From NCBI GenBank assembly GCA_015064745.1, contig SVRR01000001.1:23330-87329 (forward strand): DNA of 64,000 nt, given 5' to 3'. The translations under genes were made by a program, and so were the position numbers. Of this stretch, positions 56,946 to 64,000 are shown in pieces. Source of the stretch: Oscillospiraceae bacterium (lineage in GTDB: Bacteria; Bacillota; Clostridia; Oscillospirales; CAG-272). How positions within the stretch are numbered: the first letter of the stretch is position 1; every line of letters begins with the position of its first letter. Under the pieces are notes generated by a model. The model did no database searches. It saw only the letters and a list, made by a program, of their open reading frames with translations, and was not told where the DNA came from.

Positions 56946-57950
56946 TTACTGATAGAAGGCTTCTTTTGCTTCCTTCAAGAAACGGAAGGATTCTTCCCAA
57001 AATTGCAAGCTTTCATTCGTAGGCAATGTGGATACCCAGGGGGCTGTCATGTAGCCGAGGATCTGCTCGTCAGGGCAGAGGTTCTTGAAGTATTCCACAA
57101 GATCGTAGGTATTCCAATCGCAACGGTTGAACACCGAGGCGCAGGGGATAAATTTATAGCCTGCCTTGATCGCGTCGGGCGTCACGTTGCGGAAATCGAC
57201 GAGATAAGGGTCCTCCTCCACAAACTTAATGCCGAGATCCTTATATCTGTCTTGGTTATAATACGCTACGTACTCGGTGCGCGATTCGACGGGTGTCCAG
57301 TGCTCGGGGTTGAAGGCGTTATAGTACCAAGGAGAGAGTACGGCGTCGTTAGGACCAAAGTGCTTGCCGTAGTCCTCTGTATGCCTGTAAAGAGGACAAG
57401 ACCAGACCCATGGAGTAGCGCCCGTATCGTCAACGCAGTCGTAAAGGAAGTTTAAGTCGTGCCAGAAGAGATCCTTCTGACGATAAACTGCATATTGGAA
57501 ATGCGCTACGTGGCGCGCGTCCTCCTCGTCATAGCCGAGGTGAATGTATTCGGGCTTTTCAAAAAGGTTATAGACCTCTTTGATAAGGTCGTTGGCGAGA
57601 CGGTAGAAGGTGTTGGTGGAAAGCATGCGGCGATATTCGCCCAACCACTTGTTGTGCGGTGTCGCAAAGTTAAGCTTGGGGATCAGCGTAATGCCCGCGT
57701 CGCGACAGCGGCGGATTTCCTCGCGCACACGGCGCCGCGTCCACGCGCCCTTCATAGCGATCTCGGGGTGAGAACCGAATTCGATACCGTCACCGATATC
57801 GAGAACGATCATGTTAACCCCCGATTTTTCAGAGCTGCGGATGATGTCTTCCCACATCTTGTCATCGAAGGGAAGGGTGTCGTATTCCTTCTCCCACATG
57901 TGCATGCTGAGGTGTACGAGAATTGACCAAATTTTTTCCTTTTTTACCAT
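56946..57950 (-). CDS. Hypothetical TIM-barrel glycoside-hydrolase-like protein (GH20-like HxGxDE motif)
   Basis: 334-aa intact ORF. IHLGYDEE resembles the GH20 H-x-G-G-D-E catalytic motif. The function call is weak. Confidence 0.5.
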   Translation of the reverse strand: MVKKEKIWSILVHLSMHMWEKEYDTLPFDDKMWEDIIRSSEKSGVNMIVLDIGDGIEFGSHPEIAMKGAWTRRRVREEIRRCRDAGITLIPKLNFATPHNKWLGEYRRMLSTNTFYRLANDLIKEVYNLFEKPEYIHLGYDEEDARHVAHFQYAVYRQKDLFWHDLNFLYDCVDDTGATPWVWSCPLYRHTEDYGKHFGPNDAVLSPWYYNAFNPEHWTPVESRTEYVAYYNQDRYKDLGIKFVEEDPYLVDFRNVTPDAIKAGYKFIPCASVFNRCDWNTYDLVEYFKNLCPDEQILGYMTAPWVSTLPTNESLQFWEESFRFLKEAKEAFYQ

Positions 57951-58037
57951 GACAAATGAAACTCCTTTTGCGTTTTTTTTGGATGCTTTTATTATAGCAC
58001 GGTGTTGAGAGAAAGTAAAGCATTAGTTCTAGTACCG

Positions 58038-58562
58038 TCACCATAACGTTGAAGTTATGGTAGGGAGAAAAGAAAACCGAGTCGCAGACTCAGTTGAGGT
58101 GTTATGTGCTTGAAAAATTTTTTGCACCGCTGTTAATTGTTCTATGAATAGCCGTGTCGCCTTGGAGGTGTATTTTTCTCTGTCCGCGTTTACTTGATGA
58201 TCAATGATGAAGGCGATGTTTTTGTATTTTTCGCAAAAGGCTTTGATTGCGTGGTTCACGATATGGCGGTTTGTTTCGACCAGAATGCGAATGGTACCGC
58301 TGATCTCTTCGTCGCGGATCTTTCTTTTGGCATCGTCCAGCATGGACAGCGCGGATTTGGCATTCCTGTAAAGAATGCGTCCGCGTTCATTTAACTTGAC
58401 GCCGTTGGCACTACGGTCGAAGAGGGAGGCGCCAATCTCATATTCAAGACGCTTAACGGTTTGAGAAATGCTTGCCGCGGGGACATTATACTCCCTTGCG
58501 GTCTTTGCGAAGCTCTCTGTTTCTGCGGCGTGACAAAAATATAAAAGCTGTAACAGTTCCAT
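58038..58562 (-). pseudogene. LysR-family regulator, truncated (about 174 aa versus about 300 typical)
   Basis: The HTH is intact (MELLQLLYFCHAAETESFAKTAREYNVPAASISQTVKRLE), as are the linker and the start of the effector domain (GTIRILVE...). Most of the effector domain is missing. Confidence 0.5.
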
Positions 58563-58565
58563 GGC

Positions 58566-58940
58566 TTACTCTTGCTTTAAATTTTCAACGAATCGCTTCA
58601 CAGCGTCGAAGGAAGTGTCGCTGATGGCATGCTCAAGGCGGCAGGCATCGTCGCTTGCCGTTGCTTCATCTACACCGAGCGCAACGAGAAATCCCGTGAG
58701 AAGGGTGTGACGCTCGTATATCTTTTCGGCAACGGAGCGACCCTCCTCGGTGAGCGTAATATGACCGCCGGCGTCTACTGTAACGTAACCGCCGCTTTTT
58801 AAAAGGCCGACGGCACGGCTGACACTGGGCTTGGAATATCCCATGTGATCACAGATGTCAACGGCGCGTACAGCGGCTTTTGTTTTCGAAAGACGGAGAA
58901 TTGTTTCAAGATACATTTCTCCCGATTCTTGAATTTGCAT
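58566..58940 (-). CDS. mntR: DtxR/MntR-family metal-dependent transcriptional regulator
   Basis: ATG 58940 with an AAGGAG RBS. MQIQESGEMYLETILRL...ICDHMGYSKPSVSRAV...ERHTLLTGFL fits the family pattern. Confidence 0.8.
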   Translation of the reverse strand: MQIQESGEMYLETILRLSKTKAAVRAVDICDHMGYSKPSVSRAVGLLKSGGYVTVDAGGHITLTEEGRSVAEKIYERHTLLTGFLVALGVDEATASDDACRLEHAISDTSFDAVKRFVENLKQE

Positions 58941-58983
58941 ACGGGATCTCCTTTGCTTCGTCATCGAGAAGTCTCGGTTTGGT

Positions 58984-59015
58984 AAAAGAAAGCACCCAAA
59001 TGGGTTGGGTGCTTT
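58984..59015 (-). terminator. Intrinsic terminator after ftsZ
   Basis: AAAGCACCCA-loop-TGGGTGCTTT, a 10-bp stem. On the coding strand it is followed by CTTTTACC. Confidence 0.55.
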
Positions 59016-59022
59016 CGAAAAA

Positions 59023-60282
59023 TCACTTTTTCTTAGAGCGATTCAGGATATCCATGATGAGACCGAAATCGTCATCCGAAACGTGACCGATATCGGGGGT
59101 GGGCTCCTTTACAGCAGGCTCCGCCGGCTTTTGGGGCTCTGCGGTAGGTTGGGTAAAGGAGGGAATAGGGCGTGAGGTGGGTTGTACGGGTGCGGTATCC
59201 GGCGTTGCGTTATGCAACCCACCTGCCATCGAATAAGAGTTCGTTGCAAAATTGGTGTGCGAGGGCATAGGGGTGGGTTTTTGCGGGATGGCGGGACGGT
59301 CTCCCTCAGAGGGCTCTGCGTGCTTTGCGCTTTCAAATCCGGTGGCAATGATGGTGATGCGCATTTCGTCCTCCAAGGTAGGATCAAAGGAGGCACCGAA
59401 GATGATGTTTGCATCGGGATGTGCCTCGTCTGCTACCATAGCGCAGGCGATGTCAACGTCCTCCAACGTAAGGTTGGGGTCGCCCGTAACGTTCAAAAGA
59501 ATACCCGTTGCGCCCGCGATAGAGGTTTCAAGCAGGGGAGAGGAGATGGCTGCCATAGCGGCAAGCTGAGCCTTGTCCGTGCCCTGTGCACTGCCGACAC
59601 CCATATGTGCGTAGCCTGCGTTCTTCATAACAGAGGTCACGTCCGCAAAGTCGAGGTTGATGTAGCCGGGAACGTTGATAAGGTCGGACACGCTTTGTAC
59701 ACCGCGGCGCAGAACGTCGTCTGCCACCTCAAAGGCGTTGGTCATGGTAATGCGAGTGTCGGAAACCTGCTTTAAACGCTCGTTGGGAATGATGATGAGG
59801 GAGTCCACGTATTGCTTTAAATTCTTGATGCCCTCTTCCGCTTGGATCATTCTGCGGCGTCCCTCAAAGTTAAAGGGCTTGGTTACGATACCTACGGTAA
59901 GAATGCCCATCTCGTGCGCTGCCTGCGCGATAACGGGAGTAGCACCTGTACCGGTGCCGCCGCCCATACCTGTTGTGATAAACACCATGTCGGTGTCTTC
60001 AAGCATCTTTTTGATCTCCTCGATGCTTTCCTCCGCAGAGCGCTTGCCGTTTTCGGGGTTCGCGCCGGCACCGAAGCCGCGCGTAACCTTTTCACCGATG
60101 ATCAGCTTTTGAGACGCGCTGGAGGTGATCAACGCTTGAATATCTGTGTTAACAGTAACAAATTCTACGCCGCGGATGTCGGATGAGATCATGCGGTTTA
60201 CCGCGTTTCCGCCGCCGCCACCGACACCGATGACCTTAATGCGTACGCCGCAGGTAGAGTTTGGTTGTTGCTCGAATGCCAT
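59023..60282 (-). CDS. ftsZ: Cell division protein FtsZ
   Basis: ATG 60282 with a [26 protein letters not shown] and the tubulin signature GGGTGTGA are present, followed by a long P/T-rich linker and a C-terminal [11 protein letters not shown] peptide. Confidence 0.95.
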   Translation of the reverse strand: MAFEQQPNSTCGVRIKVIGVGGGGGNAVNRMISSDIRGVEFVTVNTDIQALITSSASQKLIIGEKVTRGFGAGANPENGKRSAEESIEEIKKMLEDTDMVFITTGMGGGTGTGATPVIAQAAHEMGILTVGIVTKPFNFEGRRRMIQAEEGIKNLKQYVDSLIIIPNERLKQVSDTRITMTNAFEVADDVLRRGVQSVSDLINVPGYINLDFADVTSVMKNAGYAHMGVGSAQGTDKAQLAAMAAISSPLLETSIAGATGILLNVTGDPNLTLEDVDIACAMVADEAHPDANIIFGASFDPTLEDEMRITIIATGFESAKHAEPSEGDRPAIPQKPTPMPSHTNFATNSYSMAGGLHNATPDTAPVQPTSRPIPSFTQPTAEPQKPAEPAVKEPTPDIGHVSDDDFGLIMDILNRSKKK

Positions 60283-60493
60283 AAAATATCCTCCGTTTTC
60301 TAAATCCTTCATTCGAAAAAAACGCGAATATCACGTTTATATTTTTTCTTATATTATAATCTTATCTTAAATCCTTTGGATTTGCAAGTCTTTTTTCTAA
60401 ACTTCATAAAGAGTTAACATTTTTATAGAAATATAGGAAATATTCAAAGGCAGAAGTTTGGCTTTGCAAGAAATAAGACGTACAAAGGAAAGG

Positions 60494-60525
60494 AAGCGCC
60501 GCATCCGACAAGGGATGCGGCGCTT
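60494..60525 (-). terminator. GC-rich hairpin downstream of murG
   Basis: AAGCGCCGCATCC-GACAA-GGGATGCGGCGCTT. TTTT follows on the plus strand and a pyrimidine tract (CCTTTCCTTTG) follows on the minus strand, so the direction of action is ambiguous. Confidence 0.45.
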
Positions 60526-60582
60526 TTATAAAAAATGAGATGAAAAATCGACATATTAATTGCTTATTTTCAGGCAGAAGCT

Positions 60583-61668
60583 TTATAACAAGCTTTTTAT
60601 AGCAGTTAAAAAGCAGGTCTCCGTATCGTTGCTTCCGATTGCGGCGGCGTTTCGCTCCATGCGAGAAAGAAGTTGGGGGTTTTGCTTCAAAAACAAAATC
60701 CTCTCTATTAAGCTTTCTGACGAAAGCGCGTCCTCACACAGCATAAGCGCGCCTCCTTTTTTTTCGTATAGACGGGCATTTTTTTCTTGGTGATTTTCCG
60801 CTACGTAAGGAGACGGTATCAGGATAGAAGCACGGCCGATTTTCGAAAGCTCAGCCAAAGTGATGGCACCTGCACGGCAAACGATAACGTTTGCTGCCGC
60901 CATGTACGAGGACATATCGTCTATATATGGCAAGAGCCTTTCCTCTGTCGCTTCGTTGGGATAGCGCACCTTTAAAGCATCAAAAAGACGTTTTCCCGTG
61001 GCGTGGATCAGGGTGATGCCTTGTGCTTTCAAGGGCGCAAAGCTTTCCGTCGCCGCGGCGCTAATGCATTCCGCGCCAAGGCTTCCGCCGAAGCATAAGA
61101 CAATAAAGTCTTTATGGGGAAGACCCAGGCGCGCGCGCGCTTCACTTCTCGTTATACCGGAAAAGCCGGAGCGCAAGGGCGCACCGATAACGCGTGTCTT
61201 TTCCCTGTACTTCAAATGGGCGGCACAGGCGTCAAATTGTAAAAGGATGATATCCGCATGCTTTTCCGTCAGTCGTACACTGAGTCCGGGAACGGCATTC
61301 GGTTCATATAAAACAGTGGGGATGCCCAGCTTTTTTGCCGCGGGTATGATAGGATAGGAAACGTATCCTCCCGTACCGATCACAAGCGAGGGCTGAAATT
61401 CCGTTAAAATTTGTCTGCTTCTTGCGGGTGCTTTGGCGGCAAGAAAAAAGGTGCGGAGGTTGCGAAAGCTTAACGAGCGGTGCAGCCCTTGAATTTTGAT
61501 TGGAAAGAAGGGGTATCCGCCCTCTTGCGCTATGCGTCGTTCCATCCCGTTCTCATTGCCGACAAAGGCGCATTCCGTTCCCTCAAAATTTTTTTGTAGA
61601 ATTTCCGCCATGGCGACGGCGGGCGTGATATGTCCTCCGCTTCCGCCGCAGGCAAATAGAATTTTCAT
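60583..61668 (-). CDS. murG: Undecaprenyldiphospho-muramoylpentapeptide beta-N-acetylglucosaminyltransferase
   Basis: 361 aa. MKILFACGGSGGHITPAVAMAE has the GGTGGH-type motif, within a GT28 layout. Confidence 0.9.
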   Translation of the reverse strand: MKILFACGGSGGHITPAVAMAEILQKNFEGTECAFVGNENGMERRIAQEGGYPFFPIKIQGLHRSLSFRNLRTFFLAAKAPARSRQILTEFQPSLVIGTGGYVSYPIIPAAKKLGIPTVLYEPNAVPGLSVRLTEKHADIILLQFDACAAHLKYREKTRVIGAPLRSGFSGITRSEARARLGLPHKDFIVLCFGGSLGAECISAAATESFAPLKAQGITLIHATGKRLFDALKVRYPNEATEERLLPYIDDMSSYMAAANVIVCRAGAITLAELSKIGRASILIPSPYVAENHQEKNARLYEKKGGALMLCEDALSSESLIERILFLKQNPQLLSRMERNAAAIGSNDTETCFLTAIKSLL

Positions 61669-61677
61669 AAAACCTCC

Positions 61678-62835
61678 TTAACGTCGGATATGTGCTTCTC
61701 TTGATAGAGAAAGAAGGATTCCCATTTCCGCAAAAAGCATAACGAGCGATGAACCGCCGTAACTGAAAAAGGGAAGCGATATTCCTGTATTGGGCAAGGC
61801 ATTTGTGATGACCGCTATGTTCAAAAGCACTTGAATGGCGAGTTTGGCGGTAAGTCCCATGCCAAGGAGTGAAGAAAACCGGTCGCTTATGCTTCCGCCC
61901 ACAACAAAGCCACGTATCACGAGAAGGGCAAAAAGAGATAAGATGAGCGTTGCGCCAACAAGACCGAGCTCCTCACACACGATGGTAAAAATGAAATCGT
62001 TTTGAGGCTCGGAAACGTACATATGCTTCAAACGGCTATTCCCGAGCCCTAAGCCGAAAAGCCCGCCAGAGCCGATTGCCATCAGTCCTTGGAGCGTTTG
62101 CCAACCACCGTCACGCGGATAAAGCGCGGGGTTTCTCCAAATGGTTATACGGCGGCGCGTGTATTCCACAGATAGTGCAAAAACGGTCACCGCTGCACCG
62201 CCGCCGAAGCACATCGTTCCCAAAACACGCCCGTTTCCGCCCGCCAAAAAAATCATACAGACGGTGATACAGCCGAGAATGATAATACAGGAGAGGTGCT
62301 TTTCCAAGAGGACGAGCAGTGTGACGGACAAAAACAGAAGAATCGGGTAAACGATACCGTAAAGAACGTTTCTTTTTCCTCGCTTTGCCATGGCGTCTTG
62401 TACGGATGGGGCGGCGAAATAGCGAGCAAGAAGAAGGATGAGAGCCGTTTTTGAAAGCTCAGATGGCTGAAAGGTAAAGGGCCCGAGCGCAAGCCACCGT
62501 TTGGCGCCGCCTGCCTCGCTTCCGAGAAACGGTACGAGCGCAAGAAGAAAGACGGCGGATAAAAAGATGGGTAATGCGTAGCGTGAGAAGCGCGTAGGCG
62601 AAATACGGCAAACAAGGAGCATCGTAATAAGACCGAGGATCAACCAAACGGATTGGCGCTTAATAAAGTAGTACGCATCCCCAAAACGCGTTTCGGCATA
62701 TGCCGTGCTCGCGCTGAATATCATAAGCGATCCAATGAGGGAAAGGGCGAGCAAAAGAAAGAGAAGCTTGACGTCAACGGGAGGGCGGACAGGGAAGATT
62801 CCTTCCTTGGCAAAGTGTTTTATTTTTGACTTCAT
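61678..62835 (-). CDS. FtsW/RodA/SpoVE-family peptidoglycan glycosyltransferase
   Basis: 385 aa and about 10 TM segments. The SEDS pattern is present: ...QPSELSKTALIL...DFIFTIVCEELG...LPNTGISLPFFSYGGSS. Confidence 0.85.
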   Translation of the reverse strand: MKSKIKHFAKEGIFPVRPPVDVKLLFLLLALSLIGSLMIFSASTAYAETRFGDAYYFIKRQSVWLILGLITMLLVCRISPTRFSRYALPIFLSAVFLLALVPFLGSEAGGAKRWLALGPFTFQPSELSKTALILLLARYFAAPSVQDAMAKRGKRNVLYGIVYPILLFLSVTLLVLLEKHLSCIIILGCITVCMIFLAGGNGRVLGTMCFGGGAAVTVFALSVEYTRRRITIWRNPALYPRDGGWQTLQGLMAIGSGGLFGLGLGNSRLKHMYVSEPQNDFIFTIVCEELGLVGATLILSLFALLVIRGFVVGGSISDRFSSLLGMGLTAKLAIQVLLNIAVITNALPNTGISLPFFSYGGSSLVMLFAEMGILLSLSREAHIRR

Positions 62836-62847
62836 ACAGCTCCTTTC

Positions 62848-63819
62848 TTATAGTAGAGCAAAATGCGCGAACAGACAGGAAAGCAGGGTGATAAAGGAAA
62901 AGATAAGCACGATCTTGTTTTCGCTGAATCCGCATTTTTCGAGGTGATGATGCAAGGGCGCCATGCGAAAAAGTCTTTTACCCGTACGCTTGAAAACGAG
63001 CACCTGCAGAATTACAGAACCGCCCTCAATTAAAAATAGGAAAGTATAGATGGGTAAAACGGCAGGGTTATTTGTCAAAAACGCCGCCCCCACAGTAAGC
63101 GCTCCCAAAAACAAAGAGCCTGTATCTCCCATGAAGATCTTCGCGGGGTGATGGTTGAAAAACAAAAATCCAAGCATGGTTCCGCAAAGAGAGATCCCGA
63201 GTGCTGTAAGAGCGCCTTCGCGGTAGATTGCTCCCTCCCATATGAAAAAAAGACCGATGACAAGAGCGGATGATGCTGTCAGTCCGTCAACACCGTCGCT
63301 GAGGTTAGCGCTGTTTAAAATACCGAGAGACGCAATGAAAAAGACAAACAAAAGCGGAAGTCCCCAGGGAATATAAAAGCGAACGTAGGGGAGAAAGACA
63401 CTGTAGCTTTTTTCTCCGAAGCATAGCAAAAAATAGAAAAACGCGCCAACGAACAAAGATTGCAAAAACAATTTCTGCCAAGGAAGAAGACCTTGGTTTT
63501 TGTGGTTCTTGAATTTTGTCGCATCATCCAAAAGACCGATAAATCCATTTGCCAAGGCGAAAAGAAGAACGAAGAGCAATGTTGGCGAAAGGGCTCCGGT
63601 TAAAAGGACCGTGCCGACGATGGCGAAGAGAGGGACAGTGAGCAGAAATACGCTTCCCCCCATCGTAGGGGTGCCCTCCTTCGGCTTGTGCCACGCGGGA
63701 CCGATTTCAAGGATACATTGTCCAAGGCGCCGTTTTTGCAGAAGCGCGATAAGTGGGCGCAATAAAAGCACGGAAAAAAGAAGGGTTACAAAAAAAAGGC
63801 ATAAGCATTCCCAAAACAA
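62848..63819 (-). CDS. mraY: Phospho-N-acetylmuramoyl-pentapeptide transferase
   Basis: 323 aa with a TTG start (AGGTGA RBS). KEGTPTMGG, NLSDGVDGL and FMGDTGSL motifs are present. Confidence 0.95.
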   Translation of the reverse strand: MFWECLCLFFVTLLFSVLLLRPLIALLQKRRLGQCILEIGPAWHKPKEGTPTMGGSVFLLTVPLFAIVGTVLLTGALSPTLLFVLLFALANGFIGLLDDATKFKNHKNQGLLPWQKLFLQSLFVGAFFYFLLCFGEKSYSVFLPYVRFYIPWGLPLLFVFFIASLGILNSANLSDGVDGLTASSALVIGLFFIWEGAIYREGALTALGISLCGTMLGFLFFNHHPAKIFMGDTGSLFLGALTVGAAFLTNNPAVLPIYTFLFLIEGGSVILQVLVFKRTGKRLFRMAPLHHHLEKCGFSENKIVLIFSFITLLSCLFAHFALL

Positions 63820-63836
63820 GGAGCATCACCTACCGT

Positions 63837-64000
63837 TCAAAGAATCTGTTTTTTTATCAGCTCAATCATTTTTTCCACCTGCAAAGCGCGCGAGGCCTTG
63901 AAAAGCACCGCGTCCCCCGCCAAAAGTGAGACGGCGATCTTTTTCGCGTTTTCTTCTTTCTCACCCTCCAAAACTGAAAAGACGCATCCTCCATGGCATG
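63837..64000 (-). CDS. murF: UDP-MurNAc-tripeptide--D-Ala-D-Ala ligase (MurF), C-terminal end only; gene starts beyond the window
   Basis: Not in the ORF track because it is edge-truncated. The reverse translation ...GDAVLFKASRALQVEKMIELIKKQIL* resembles a MurF C-terminus, and the position upstream of mraY fits. Confidence 0.55.
   Translation of the reverse strand, partial: CHGGCVFSVLEGEKEENAKKIAVSLLAGDAVLFKASRALQVEKMIELIKKQIL

Noticed and set aside
60382-60528. A possible plus-strand sRNA ending at the 60494-60525 hairpin plus TTTT in the murG-ftsZ gap
   Set aside because: The only upstream plus-strand promoter-like element has a poor -10 (CATAAA). The hairpin is equally explained as the murG terminator on the other strand.
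1-64000. CRISPR arrays, rRNA genes, IS elements and known defence-system gene sets
   Set aside because: I found no regularly spaced short repeats, no rRNA-like sequence, no transposase or integrase apart from the Xer-like gene, and no nuclease, helicase or methylase clusters typical of defence islands.

Overview
The window reads as the chromosome of a spore-forming Clostridia-class Firmicute. GC looks mid-50s % by eye, with AT-rich intergenic regions. It is mostly housekeeping. Genes in order: spoVG, a murC-like ligase, spoIIGA-sigE, trmK-nif3, tyrS, tRNA-Thr(CGU), rsmA, thrS behind a Thr T-box, yunB, a Xer-type recombinase, cwlD, radA, an EF-G paralog, a transcarboxylase-like biotin operon, mtaB, glyQS, a heterodimeric ABC exporter, an aryl-pyruvate operon (acyl-CoA synthetase, iorAB, paaK, ACT), a SCIFF RiPP locus, a T-box-controlled SSS transporter, htpG, a phosphosugar mutase, lepA-hemW, and the distal dcw cluster (murF-mraY-ftsW-murG-ftsZ). 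I see no CRISPR array, no intact mobile element and no recognisable defence system. Five things are not explained by ordinary annotation. (1) A 1.4-kb foreign block is bracketed by two identical copies of a 33-nt palindromic terminator; it carries a both-ends-truncated phage or conjugative-element-type ORF and a nested alternate-frame 67-aa ORF. (2) A roughly 240-nt GC-rich, ORF-free, terminator-capped candidate structured RNA lies downstream of a DUF1292 gene. (3) A second T-box, whose specifier reads UAC (Tyr), controls an SSS-family transporter, while tyrS itself has no T-box. (4) An unannotated 50-aa SCIFF precursor sits with its maturase, which is translationally coupled to a PLP decarboxylase. 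(5) One locus holds two frameshifted genes and a truncated LysR regulator. Function calls come from motifs and recalled family patterns only. No database search was run.
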